From Psammoneis japonica (lineage: Eukaryota): 56,307 bases of DNA. The DNA lies in contig QPGO01000028.1 of assembly GCA_008632985.1 (NCBI GenBank), positions 124,001 to 180,307 on the forward strand, read 5' to 3'. Shown here one piece after another: positions 13,141 to 25,463 of this stretch. Each line of letters begins with the position of its first letter. Position 1 is the first letter of the stretch. The notes under the pieces are model-generated. The model searched no databases and had not been told where the DNA came from. It was given only the letters and a program-made list of their open reading frames with translations. The translations under genes were made by a program, and so were the position numbers.

Positions 13141-13560
13141 CGTTACTTGACGGACCCACGTAGATTTCTACGTGGAGTGTCCTGTACTATGATATTCGTA
13201 TCACAGAAATTTTATAATGTCTTTTCAAATGATTCAACTTCAAAACCTTATAATAAGATTAATGCGTTGAACGGAGGTAAAATTTTGTCAAGTCCAATTG
13301 CCCTCTTTGAAAGGAGGTCATCAACAACTGGATGAGCAGTACGAGAGTATTGGCATGGGCTAGCTATAGTGCTTCTTTTGGCCATCGTTCATCGTCCCGG
13401 ATCGTTCCATCAGTGGCTTTGTAGTCCTTCCGACATTCTTGTCGGACCTGTCTGCTGCTCTGTTCTAGTCTTGTTACACATCTCACCCAAACGACAAACG
13501 ACACAAAGATTGGTTGAAAAAAGGCAGGGACGCAGGCACACTGTACATCAAGCAATACAG

Positions 13561-15155
13561 ATGCGACACCAAAGCAGAGCTTTTCCATGCTCGTATGTGG
13601 CGATATGGGGAGCACTCTTTTCTCTCAATATGGTCCTCCTCGTCATGACTTTGCATATACATAACCAACTAAATCAACAACTTGTTAGATCCGACATTTT
13701 AGACAAGACTCCTCCACGACGAGAAGCAATCCGAAAGCCAAGCAGTCTAAACCAAGAGGCTACTGCTCCGTCTTTGCCAGACAAGAGTGTGGAAAAAGAT
13801 TTTAACAAGGAATGCGTGTCGGTCAGTGTGACGGATTTTGGGGCCGTGGGCGACAATGCAACCGACAACTCTGCTGCGTTTCGCAAAGCCATTGCAAAGG
13901 TTGAGGAAAACGGTTGTGGTGAGGTTGTTGTGCCGAGAAATGGAGTTTTTCAGACTGGACCCTTCAATTTGACTTCCAACATGGCATTGAGGGTGGAAGG
14001 AATCGTGTTTGGAGCACCCGACAGAGAAAAGTACCCCGTGATTGGAATTCTTCCAACTTACCCACGAGACTGTGACCTCACTACTACGCAATCAAGGTGG
14101 CATCCTTTGGTGAACGCTGTGAATGAGACCAACATTACCATTCTGGGAAGTGGAACTATAGATGGGGGAGGCTGGTACTGGTACAGTTGCTTAAGGAATC
14201 ACACACACTGCAAGCACTATGGAAGGCCACATCTGATGGAGCTTCAGAGCTGTGAGAACGTCGAAATCACGGAAGTGACGTTGAAAGACTCGGCATTTTG
14301 GACTCTTCACCCGGTCTATTGCACCAATGTCCGCATCCATCACATGCGAATCGAAGCGCCGTATTGTTCTCACTACCGCTGTCCAAACACAGATGGAATA
14401 GACGTTGATTCGTGTGAGAACGTTGTGATTGAGCACAATGTAATTAACGTCGGTGACGACCACGTTACAGTCATTGCGGGACGAAAACCCGTTGTCCCTC
14501 CCAGAGTTTGCCGCAACATTACAGTTCGTCACAACACGTTGATGAATGGAATGGGACTGTCGATCGGCAGTGGCACTTCCAATGGTGTTGAGAATGTTGT
14601 TTATTACAACAACGTCATGAATGAAACAAAGGGACATCGGGGGCAAGGATTACACATCAAGACACGTACAAGGTTTGGCGGGTATGTCAACAACGTTGCA
14701 TGGATAGACAATGTGTTTTACGTGGCGGGTAAACCAGGTGGATCGATTGTCATTGAACAGGGCTATCAATCGGGAAAAGCCATATGCGATCCAAATAAGT
14801 GCACCAGCATTTCGAACGTAGTCATTCGAAATCTTACAGTACACGAGGGGAATCCGTAAGTGCCGCATTGTTTATCCATTGCCTTTCGTGGTGAAAGCCT
14901 CTCACCTCCTTTGTTGATATGTCAATCACACACCAAAGCGGATACATGACGTGCTTTAAAAACAAACCTTGTATCAACATCACCCTTGACAACGTCCGCT
15001 TCTTGAATCCGCCGATGAATGAAAAAATCGATTGCACCAACGGCGTATTGGGTTCAGCTTCAAACTTATTCCCATCGGATATTCTGGGCGATTGTCCTGG
15101 TATGAAGACGGTTACTGATGTTGAAGTTTGGGACTATAAAAGCATGACGAACTGA
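13561..15155 (+). CDS. Glycoside hydrolase family 28 (polygalacturonase-like) type II membrane protein; exons 13561-14855, 14939-15155
   Basis: N-terminal hydrophobic segment; VTDFGAVGD, GTIDGGG, SAFWTLHP, PNTDGID, GDD, GxGLSIGS and xIKT motifs. GTAAGT..AG intron 14856-14938 joins in phase. Start codon inferred. Confidence 0.88.
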
Positions 15156-15559
15156 TTGGAGCGATTGCAACGGTGAGCAATAAAATAAGAGAGCTAATGT
15201 CACGCAAACAGCTGGTTTTGCCCTTGCGTTCAGAGGATGCTTTCACCGGTCTTTACACCAGAGACTTGACGCAGCACCTGACTGCTCCGACTATTTGCTG
15301 CTTGGCTCTAGAATAGTGTCGTGAGGACGTTCCTTAACCAAGGAAGCAAAACCGAAATCAAAATCAATTTCGATTTTGTCTCAAAAGCTAGCCCGTCTGC
15401 TTGCCGCGCAGATGAGAACAGAAATTCCAGCAATGCGTTTATTCTTTAATTTCTACATTGCACTTTTGGCAGCATAGACATGAGAAGGGGAATGCATTGA
15501 GTTTCATTGTCAGCAGCACATCACGTTGTCGGTGTGGAGAGCATGGCACATGGGTGGCT

Positions 15560-15818
15560 GGCCTGTTCCAGCTCCAGGTGTCCCACACAGGCGTGCGATC
15601 CATCACTGGCCCATTTTTGCATTCAGCACAATGAACTCCTTCAAAATCTTTTTTTTTCCCAAATCGACGGGTGAGTGCACATGAAACTTTTATTTTTTAT
15701 GTGCAGTCACCTTTCAATTTTCAAAACGATCAAATTTGAAGGAGTTTAATGTGCTAAACTGCACAGAAAATTGGCCTCTCGCATGATGGATTGCAGATCA
15801 CCTGGGCTGGAACAAGCC
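15560..15818. mobile_element. MITE, family A, copy 1
   Basis: Termini GGCCTGTTCCAGCTCCAGGTG ... CACCTGGGCTGGAACAAGCC; alignable by eye along its length with 50882-51115. Confidence 0.75.
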
Positions 15819-17159
15819 TGCTGCAGTGCATGATTGGCACATTTTGCCACCTTTCAGATGTCAAAAATGTGCCCTTGCATCCCACCATTTTGGGATGGCC
15901 CCCTTGCAATGACCCAAATGGCTCCACAGCTTTCGCATTGCTGGTGAGCTGACCTTGTCATCCTTGGAGGAGCTGTGCCAGCTTTTTGCTCAATTTCCAC
16001 AGTGTCTCTTCCTCCCCTGGTGCAGCCTGGGTGTACACAAAAGACTTGCACTCTCTTTGTCAGATGGCATGAGAGCCAGCAACCAAGTTGACTGGCAAGT
16101 GTCCAAGGTTTTCATGAATCATCACCTGCAAAAACAACAAGCTGGCAAAGATGAGTTGGTGCAATGCCGTCTTCTTCCTGTGAACAGGATTTCTCACTGT
16201 GTTAAAACCAGCCACCATGCCCACCACCCAGACTGTTCCACTCACCACTGTCAACATCCCATGGAGGACTGAAAACCATGATGTGCTGCAGAGCATCTCC
16301 AGGACAGACCAACACATGTGCACATGTTGCTGCACACATGGCAGCAGCAAAGTGTGCTGGCAGTGTGTGAGCTGGCCTGTTGCAAGTGTTCTGCCAGGCA
16401 AAAGTGCAGCAGCACCAAAACAAGGAGTTTTTGCCCTCTGGAGAAACAAGCTGAAGAGTGCGTGTTTGTGGGATCTCAACATGGCCCACTTCTGACACTG
16501 TGCATTTCTGCATGCAACCTTCTTCAAAGTCGTGCCTCACATTCCCTGTTTTGCAAAGCCTGACAAGGCTTTTTGCACTGTCCATTTGTGCAACACATGA
16601 GAGCAGGCCAGGCATTTTCTTCAATGTTTGAAGAAAATGCCAGCACAAACTTGAATTGAATGACTGCCTCTTTTTGGTTGGACCTCAAATTGACACATTT
16701 GCTGCCAAACAATTTTGCTGCAGATCTCATCAAAAGCATCAAGAGAGTCACAAGCACACCAAGCTGGTCAACCACACAAAAAGTGTGCTCACCATGAAAA
16801 AAACACTTGAGAAAAACACTGGTTTGCAAAGACGGTGTTCTGTCAGGGGCAAGTTTTCTGTGACTTGTGTGTGTGTGCGGCAAAAAATGAGGAGAAAATG
16901 ACTTTTTTTGCAAAAACTGAGAGAAAACAACAACCACTGGGCAAACTGGCATGGCAGCAATGTTGCTCTCTGCAACACAGCACAGCAAGGTGGCAGCAAC
17001 AGCAACACTTTTTACTGCTTCTTGCATTGGAGACACAGTGCAGCAAATCAGATTGAGGCCCAATTTTTGTCTTGTGAGGGAGTTGATCAAGTGGCTCCTG
17101 CACAACTTGACTCACAAGGGTTGTGTGCAATGCAAGTTTTGTCATGCAGAAAAAGATGC

Positions 17160-17528
17160 GTTCCAGCTCCAGGTGCTGCCTCGTGCTGCTGAACTGTGAC
17201 ATCAACAGTTTTTTGGATCACGTCGCATGTTGCGCACGTGCATTTCTGCGTGTGACATTCTACGAAATTGTTTCATGCTCCCTGTTTTGCGAAGCCAAAG
17301 GCTTTCTATTTTCAACATTCATGAGAATGAAAATGCGCTGGGTGCATTCTTTAATGTCTGAAGAACACACCTGGGCAAACTGTCAATGATGTGCTCCAAG
17401 CATGAAGGAGGAGGTGCGTTCACAAAATTGCCTCTTTTTCTGTTGGCGATCATTCACATTTTCATTGCAGCACAAATTTGCTGTGGAGCTCGCCCAATGT
17501 CACACGGAGTCCCACCTGGGACTGGAAC
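17160..17528 (+). mobile_element. MITE, family B, with related termini
   Basis: Termini GTTCCAGCTCCAGGTG ... CACCTGGGACTGGAAC; inverted homologue at 18740-19150 and partial inverted copy at ~17950-18075. Confidence 0.7.
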
Positions 17529-18739
17529 CCGTCAAAAGGGCATTTTTCAAAGTGCTCTCACAAAACCTCCTGTGCTCAAAAGGTGCGCGCCTTGGGCAGT
17601 GTTTTGGGTCACATCAATTTGCCAAAAACATGTGCCAGTGTCAAACCAAACAGTCCTGTCTGTGCTTGTCATGGACCAATCATGGAAAATGCGAAATCTT
17701 GACCAAATTCATTTTCAAGCATGTTTCCACACAAACAGTGCTAACGCAGCTTCTGCAAAATTTGTGGAAGATTCCCTCCGAAGCACGCCAAATTCCGCCA
17801 ACCAAAATGACGTTTTCGGGAAACAAAATCATTTTGGTCATGAGCATCAAATTTGTCAACAAATTTGGTTCGACCAAAATGACATTTTGGTCCGACCAAA
17901 ATGCACATTCAGGAAACACCAATGGATCACCTGACAACCGCACTATAAAATGACACAAAATTTTGCCAAAATCACGTGGAAATGTGCATGCGCAACATGC
18001 GATGCAATTCAAAAAACCATCGATGTCACAGTTCAGTGGCACGAGGTCCCACCTAGACCTGGAGTGCGTCTGGAGCACCTTGGGGTCATGAATTTGGAAG
18101 CTCTGTGTCCATGTTGGCTGATGGACGCGTTGTTGCAGTTAGATCGGCACATCACAAGGCATGCAGCATTGCAGCCGGATCTGCGTTTGTGTTTGCCGCA
18201 AACAACTGGAATTTCACACTTTTGTTTTTTTCCTCAATTCCTCCAGCGGACTCTGGTTTTAGTTTGTTGACAACAATGTCTGGCTGTGCATGATGCAGCT
18301 GCTGCTTCCAATGTGTCAAAACAAGGATGTGCACCATGGTGCTTTGTTCATGTCATTGGTCCTCCTCCTCCTGGTGCGTGCACTTGCACAGTGCTCTGAC
18401 AGACCAAAATGTTCAATGTTGCGGCAAAGTGAGGACGTGCTTGCAGAGAGTGCAGTTGTCCAAGTTTTGGAAGTCAAAACAAATGCTGAGCAATGCACAA
18501 TGCACACAACAGAGACAGGCTCTCAAGGAAGATGTGCGCTCTGGAAAAATGTGCACAAAGTGTGTGTTTGTGCTTGAACATTGTCCACAATGAGCTGACT
18601 CCCTGTTCTTGCTGGTGTGTCCAGTGCTGTGGCAAGGGAGACAACATGGATGTTTGCTCAGCTTTTAAAGAAAAGCAACCCAGTGTGTGCTGACATCACA
18701 GAGATCTCTGGCAAGAGCAGAGGCAACATTTGGCAGCCT

Positions 18740-19150
18740 GGCATGTTCCAGCCCCAGGCGGGACTCCATGTGACATTGGGTCTGCAGAATTCTGCGTGCG
18801 AGCTCTGCGAATTCTGCGTGCGAGCTCTGCAGCATTCTGCGTGCAAGCTCCACAGCAAATTTGTTGAGCAACGAATGTGCGAATGATTGCCAACAGAAAA
18901 AGAAGCAACTTTGTGAGTGTGTCTCTGTCTGCACACTTGAAGCACATCATTGACAGTTTGCCCGGGTGCGTTCTGCAGACATTGAAGAGTGTGCCCACAG
19001 CCTGTTTTCATTCTCACAAATGTTGAAAATGGAGAGCATTTGGTTTCGCAAAACAGGGAGCACAAAACATTTTCACAGAAGATCACACACAGAAATGAGC
19101 ATGCATGGCATGCAACATGATGCAAAAAACTCTTGATGTCACAGTTCACT
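18740..19150 (-). mobile_element. MITE, family B, inverted copy
   Basis: Reverse complement matches 17160-17528 (translations 'NCDIKSFLHHVAC..CSLFCETK' vs 'NCDINSFLDHVAC..CSLFCEAK'); internal ~22-bp tandem GAATTCTGCGTGCGAGCTCTGC at ~18787-18850. Confidence 0.7.
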
Positions 19151-20047
19151 CAGCAGCATGTGGCCCCACATGCCAAAGAGCTGGAGCGAGTTGCCTGATG
19201 TTGGAGAGTTTCGTGCCACAATGGGGTTGGGGGTTGTGTGGTTGTGGTGGGTTGTTGTCCAAAGCAGCAAGGGTTCAAGCAACCAGCTGTCAATCAAGTG
19301 TGTGTGAACCACTCCACCATCACATGCGGGGTGGTGGTGGTGGGCTGTGAGTTTTGAAAGGAGGGGCTTGGGGCGAGCAAAATTCATGCAGAAAAAACCC
19401 TGGCTTGTTTGTTGCGCCACTCCCATGCACACAAGATGCTGTGGTGGACCCCAAAGATTTAACTTCAAGCAACACAGTGACAACTGTCTTTCAGCAAAAC
19501 CCCATTGTTGGAGAAATGTGCGGCCCCATGATGGCCAGGGAGGTGTTTTGATCAAAGTTGTGGAAAACGGGTGAGCTTTGAAGGTTTGCTGGTGCACAGC
19601 ATCATTTTGTTCATGTGAAAGTCATCATCATGCAAAGGCGGCGTCAATGTTTTTAGGGAAAGGGATTCCTTGAGGTGCCGGGGAAGTGGAGAAGTGCGAG
19701 AAAAATGTCGGCCCAAACCGCTTCTCGCGAATTGTTTGAGCTCGCATCGTAGCTGGTCACTTCGACAGACGCGCGCACGACCGACAGAAATCAGGAGCAG
19801 CACGGAACGCGAACAAAGCGCGGATTTGTCAAAGTGGCACCATGATGCAAACGAGCAGCAGCAAAAGGGACCGCCAAATGCAGAGGAATTGACTCTGCTT
19901 GATTTGGTGTGCTCCAGCCATTTCCATTGCAGCGATGGCAATGGGGGTCATTCGGCTCTCAGAGTCATTGCGCAGAAGTTGTGTAGAACAGCACCAGAAA
20001 TGTTCATTGTCAGTCTGTCCACCCATCCATATTCGAATGTCAACTCC

Positions 20048-20146
20048 TCGGGAAATCAATTGAAATGTTATCTGACCAAGGGTGTTGCTCTTCACCATCG
20101 AAATCAAAATGCCCTTGGTCAGATAACATTTCAATTGAGTTCCCGA
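20048..20146. repeat. Inverted repeat/hairpin: 35-bp arms with one mismatch, 29-nt spacer
   Basis: TCGGGAAATCAATTGAAATGTTATCTGACCAAGGG (20048-20082) vs CCCTTGGTCAGATAACATTTCAATTGAGTTCCCGA (20112-20146). Confidence 0.9.
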
Positions 20147-20423
20147 AAAGTTAGTAGCCCCAATCACCCTCTCGTATGACATTGTGTACATTTCTACACG
20201 ATTTGGTATTTTTCCTTATGTAAAATGCCAATTATGACTCTTGCGACATTTTCGAATGATTCCTATTGAAATGATGCGAACCTGTCCTGACACTGCTGAC
20301 GTCGACGCTTTTTCATGTGTTCTCATGTTTTCGAGACACCAGACCACGACCCACAAACGCGACACTTGTTCACAGATTTTGCTATTTCGTCTCTAACGTT
20401 GTCTTCATAAAATACAAAAAGCG

Positions 20424-22238
20424 ATGAACAACCGTTCCAACAAGCCCTCAACCAAGTGGTACGCTCATGGAAGACGTGGGAGAGACAGGAATGAAGACGA
20501 CGAAGAAAAGGCGCAACACGATGTTGAAACATCATCTGAAGGCATGTTACAAGAAGAGCTTAGACAAGAAGAGACTATATCAAATAAATCAGTATCCGCA
20601 ACTCCTGCAGTTGGGGCCTTCGCTGTGAATCGTGAGGGAATAGTTCCAAGAGCAGGAAGAGACTTTGATAGTATCACTCTCATGTCGGAACCCGAAAGTG
20701 TTCTTAACGGTCCCACTCCGAATCGGCATCAGAGCACTGAACTTGTTCAAGCTCAGCGTGCTCAAGTGACTGATGAGGAGGCCGCCCGACTCCAAGACGA
20801 AATCGAGCTTCTTCAACAATCGGTTTCTCGCGATCACGCCCAGGTTGCTGAACCAATCGATTCAGAACTCAATGGCGACGACACTACTTCGAGCAGCGTA
20901 GCGGACAGTGTTGATCCTGTACAACAAGAAAAACTCCGCCATCGCAAATACTGCATGATTGGTGGGGTTGGAATTGTGGTGTTGATTTCTGCTGTGGTTG
21001 GAATTGTTGTAGGAGTGTTTTTAGGAGAAGATGGTGGTGGTGGTAGACACCGACCTATCGGACAAGTCCTCCATGGCAATTCTTCGCGTGATTATTTTGG
21101 CGATACCATTTCCTTGTCGCGTGATGGAAGCGTCATGGTGGTAGCGGCAGAACCACGCAATACTTCCAAACCTTGCTACGTGTCTGCCCATCGATTCAAC
21201 CAAACTACGAAAGAATGGAGTCGCATGGGAGAGCAATTGATTGGACAGGTGGACATTAACCGATATGGTACGGCTGTTTCATTGAACGGTAATGGCACAA
21301 TTCTTGCTGTCGGAGAACACTGGAGTGACAGCGATGCATTTCATAGTAATGGCCGTGTTCAAGTGTTTCAATACAGCTCTGCTTCGAACCGATGGGTTCA
21401 ACTCGGGAGCGATATTATTGGTCAAGGGGATTATGAATCTTTTGGCTTTTCTGTGTCCCTCTCGGACGCAGGAGACATGCTTGCTGCTGGGGCTCCTTGG
21501 GATGACACTGAAAGTAACGAAGTTGCTGGATCGGTTCGATTGTTTCAATACAACCACAACCGAACCTCCTGGGACCAACTTGGACAGACGCTATTTGGGC
21601 AGGCTGGACGTGATTATTTCGGTCGGTCAGTGTCTTTGAGTAGGTCGGGGAACATTGTTGCAGTGGGAGCAGATGGCAATGATTTGGGTGGAGAAGATGC
21701 TGGACAGGTCTCTGTGTTTGAATATAATTATGCCTCGTCCTCTTGGAATCTAATGGGAAGCCCAATCGTTGGTAATGTCGATGATGCAGGGTTTGGGCAA
21801 GATGTTTATCTTGATGACAGCGGTTTAGTCTTGGCAATCTACGCACTGGGAAGTGTCGGTGTTGACGGGAAAATTTTGGTTTATCTCCATGACCGTACAC
21901 AATCGACATGGAATCTACGCGGCCAAGCTCTTTATGCGCAGTCACCTGGTAAATCAATTTCTTTGAGCGGGGATGGAAGCATGCTAGCTGTTGGAAGTCC
22001 TTATCAACATGTTGATGAGTTAGATTTTACGGGTCAAGTAAGGATCTTTCAATACGACAGTGACACTGACGAGTGGCAGCAAGTTGGCGAGCCTCTTAAT
22101 GGCGAGGCTTCGGGTGGCTTGTTTGGAACTTGCGTGTCCTTGTCTTCAGATGGACAGGTCATTGGAGTTGCTGCTAAGGGCCATTCTGTCAATGGCTTTG
22201 ATTCTGGGTCGGTCCAGGTGTTCATGGTAAACAACTAA
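20424..22238 (+). CDS. Single-pass membrane protein with C-terminal FG-GAP-type beta-propeller
   Basis: 604 aa; low-complexity N-terminus with VGAFAV motif; TM segment IGGVGIVVLISAVVGIVVGVFL; repeated FGxSVSLSxxGxxLAVGAP..GxVxVFxY..WxQxG blades. Confidence 0.88.
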   Translation: MNNRSNKPSTKWYAHGRRGRDRNEDDEEKAQHDVETSSEGMLQEELRQEETISNKSVSATPAVGAFAVNREGIVPRAGRDFDSITLMSEPESVLNGPTPNRHQSTELVQAQRAQVTDEEAARLQDEIELLQQSVSRDHAQVAEPIDSELNGDDTTSSSVADSVDPVQQEKLRHRKYCMIGGVGIVVLISAVVGIVVGVFLGEDGGGGRHRPIGQVLHGNSSRDYFGDTISLSRDGSVMVVAAEPRNTSKPCYVSAHRFNQTTKEWSRMGEQLIGQVDINRYGTAVSLNGNGTILAVGEHWSDSDAFHSNGRVQVFQYSSASNRWVQLGSDIIGQGDYESFGFSVSLSDAGDMLAAGAPWDDTESNEVAGSVRLFQYNHNRTSWDQLGQTLFGQAGRDYFGRSVSLSRSGNIVAVGADGNDLGGEDAGQVSVFEYNYASSSWNLMGSPIVGNVDDAGFGQDVYLDDSGLVLAIYALGSVGVDGKILVYLHDRTQSTWNLRGQALYAQSPGKSISLSGDGSMLAVGSPYQHVDELDFTGQVRIFQYDSDTDEWQQVGEPLNGEASGGLFGTCVSLSSDGQVIGVAAKGHSVNGFDSGSVQVFMVNN

Positions 22239-22429
22239 GTGTTAATTCTTGCTTTCTTATGTGGTCCATGCTGTTGTTCTTGCTGTTTCCTTTTTCATGT
22301 TTTTTTCTGTAATGCAACAAAACTCAATGAACACCGGAGTTAGCACCAGTGCCCCTTACAGACTTTTGGCTGACTGACGTACAAAACTCCAGGGAGAGAT
22401 GTTTCAGACTGCATCTGAAACAAAAAAAA

Positions 22430-23830
22430 GAAATTGGATTGCAGCTCAACTCAAAACGTGATTGAGGACCAATGCCATCCAATCCATTTTGCTTGAGCAG
22501 GTCCCTGGCATAGCAGCACACAAAAAATTAAAACCCAGCATCAGCTCTAAGTTGCTTGCCTCATGCTCTTGTGCTTGAGTCATGTGATGAGCAGAGGGAG
22601 AACTTGAGTCTTTGTCACATGCTGCAATGTTGTTGATTTTTTCAGATGCAGCTGCGCAGTGGCACAACCCACTGCCAAGTGTCATTTTTTCCTTCTGCAG
22701 CTGCTCTCTCCAATCATGTTGAGAAAATGTTGGCAGCCCAACGGCATTTGTGCAGGCTGCAAGCCACACATGTGATTCAAGCCAGGTGGAGATTTTTCCA
22801 GATTGTTCATTCAAATGTTGAGAAAAGCCTGCTGTGTCTTCCTGGTTTCTCCTGACCCATCAGAATTTCCAGCTCAGCATGTGCTCGTGGTTGAACACAC
22901 ACTCAAATGACTGCATCAAAACACCACAGGCACTGTTGTGACAAGGAGCCCAGTTGATTTGCAACACAATGTGATTGATGTTGTGTGTCATTGTTGCGTC
23001 CATGGCCAAGGTTTCAGCAACCATTTGACGTGTTTTTCTGCTGAAACATCATGAAGTTGCCATCATTTTGTTGTCTGTTGACACTTCAATCTCATCATTT
23101 TTTGCCATTCTTTCTTTCATGAACACATCACAACAGCTCCCAAGCAATGAATTTTCACATCTCTCATTGGCTGAAGTTTGTTGTTGATTGTCAGTTGTCT
23201 CATTGTTGGTTGACATTCTGATGTTTTCTGCCATCATGGACAATGGTCATGACGAGTCTGTTTTCATGCAAAAAATTGCAAGCAAAAAATGCAAATCTCT
23301 GGTGGCCAATTTGTTGGCTGAATTTTTTGAGGGGCACACAACACCCCAAAATTGCACCCCGAATCTCACCACAGCTTGGCTCAACCTTGTTCCAAAAATC
23401 AGCTGAGCTGGGGTGCAAAACACTGGGAAGAAATGTGTGGCTGTGTGCCAGAAAAGCACAGCGTGGCTGCTCTGTCAACAACTGCTGGGTCAACAAGGGG
23501 TTTTTTCCCTCTGTTGAAAAGAATGGCATGGTGGAGCAGGGAACCCCAACTTGGCTGCCAGCACCCAAAAAATCTCTGGCTGGCTGCTCACTCGTCTGGG
23601 CTGTTGTCAATCTGGCTTCAAACTCGGCCATGATGACGGCGTGGCAGGTTTGAGAGCAGGAGGGTGTGAGTGTCCTTCCTGGTGGCATTGTGGTGTGCCA
23701 TCATTTTGGTGAGTGCTCGTCGACTTGGTGCTGCGAGACCATGAGCGAAAAAGAACATGTGTGTCTTTGTTTTGGTGCTCCATTTGCTCTTGCGTGGGCT
23801 CATGGTGCGCTTTTTGCAGTGTCGTCCGTG
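22430..23830. repeat. TpA/CpG-depleted degenerate block (block 4)
   Basis: TA essentially absent after ~22550; abrupt return of TA-rich sequence at ~23845. Confidence 0.7.
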
Positions 23831-24262
23831 ATGCAGTGCAGTGCTGTACGAGGGTTGTCATCGCTTTATTTTTATCCTTCATCCATGAGGTCTACAATTA
23901 TTTATATTTTATAAGTTCTTTATAGGCATTTGATGGGCAATTATTATTCCTACGCGTGCCATGACTGTCTACGTAGCATTCTACGTAGAGTTTCGTCTGT
24001 ATCACAAAAAGAGTAAAGACGAACAAAACGGCAAAAATCTCTCCAAACGACTCGCCTTCAACACTCTCCGTGCGTTGCACCACGACTCCCACAAAGACCA
24101 CAACAGAGTTGTCGAGTACCAATCGTTGCCGTTGTTTGTTGCTTCGTCGTTGTTGTAAGCATAGAGCTTGCAGCACAGAGTCTCTCTCTCCCTCTTGTTA
24201 TTATTGTTTCGCATCCTCATATAAAGAACGTCATACATCAAACGCAATAACAACATCAAATC

Positions 24263-25463
24263 ATGGAACTCCGCGTGGGCAAAAAGTATCGTTTGGGCCG
24301 TAAGATTGGTTCCGGTTCGTTTGGTGATATTTATCTCGGTACCAACATGACCACGGGAGAAGAAGTTGCCATTAAATTGGAATCCGTCAAGACCAACATC
24401 CTCAGCTCTTGTATGAATCGAAAATTTATCGTATTTTGCACGGGGGATGTGAGTGAACAAATAACCTGATTTATACGTGGAATGTACGTGAATAATCTCA
24501 CTCGAGGCCCTACTTTTTCTTCTTCTGCTACTTCGTTTTAGTGGGCATTCCCAACGTCCGTTGGTACGGCATTGAAGGCGATTACAATGTCATGGTACTC
24601 GATTTGCTCGGCCCATCGCTCGAAGACTTGTTTAATTACTGTGGCCGCCGCTTTCAACTCAAGACGGTCCTCATGTTGGCGGATCAATTTTAGGAAGACT
24701 CGAATATGTCCACACGAAATCGTTTATTCACCGCGACGTCAAGCCGGATAATTTTTTGATTGGTTTGGGCAAACGCCAATCGGTCATTCACATTATCGAT
24801 TTTGGATTGGCGAAAAAGTACCGTGATCCCCGTTCCCATCAACACATTCCCTACCGTGAAAACAAGAATTTGACGGGCACGGCGCGGTATGCTTCCATCA
24901 ACACGCACATTGGCATTGAACAGAGCCGTCGGGATGATTTGGAGTCGTTGGGGTATGTCCTCATGTACTTTATCCGTGGCTCCTTGCCCTGGCAGGGACT
25001 CAAGGCGAATACCAAGAAACAAAAGTACGAGCGAATCATGGATCGTAAAATGTCCACCTCGACGGAACAATTGTGCAAGGGCTATGCGACGGAATTTCGG
25101 TCCTACTTTGAGTATTGCCGATCGTTGCGTTTTGAAGATCGACCCGATTATGCCTATCTCAAGCGTCTCTTTAAAGAATTGTTTTATCGCAAGGGATTTC
25201 AATACGATAACATGTTTGATTGGACCGTGTTGAATTTACAACAAGAACGTTCGAGACTACCTCCATCGGAAGATGAACGCAAACCCGAAGCTCAAGCAGC
25301 ACATAACGTGAGTCACAAGAGTGGAACCGCCGCGTCCAAACAACACCAGCGTGTGCAAGCGTCAGAGCACAAGAGTCAACAGACTCATGGTTCTCAACAA
25401 CAGCACCAACAACAAAATGACGAAAAGCCGGTTGGATACCGTACCAGGTCGTCTGGACAGTAA
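24263..25463 (+). CDS. CK1: Casein kinase I; exons 24263-24448, 24542-25463; two apparent 1-nt deletions
   Basis: [84 protein letters not shown]. Intron GTGAGT..TAG 24449-24541. Frameshifts at ~24396 and ~24690. Confidence 0.92.

Larger units (their letters stand above)
15480..20030. repeat. TpA/CpG-depleted degenerate repeat block (block 3) containing several MITE relics
   Basis: TA nearly absent; contains the TIR elements listed separately. Confidence 0.72.

Noticed and set aside
13369..13560. Upstream extension of the GH28 ORF
   Set aside because: Begins at a non-ATG codon; ATG 13561 just before the hydrophobic anchor is more plausible.
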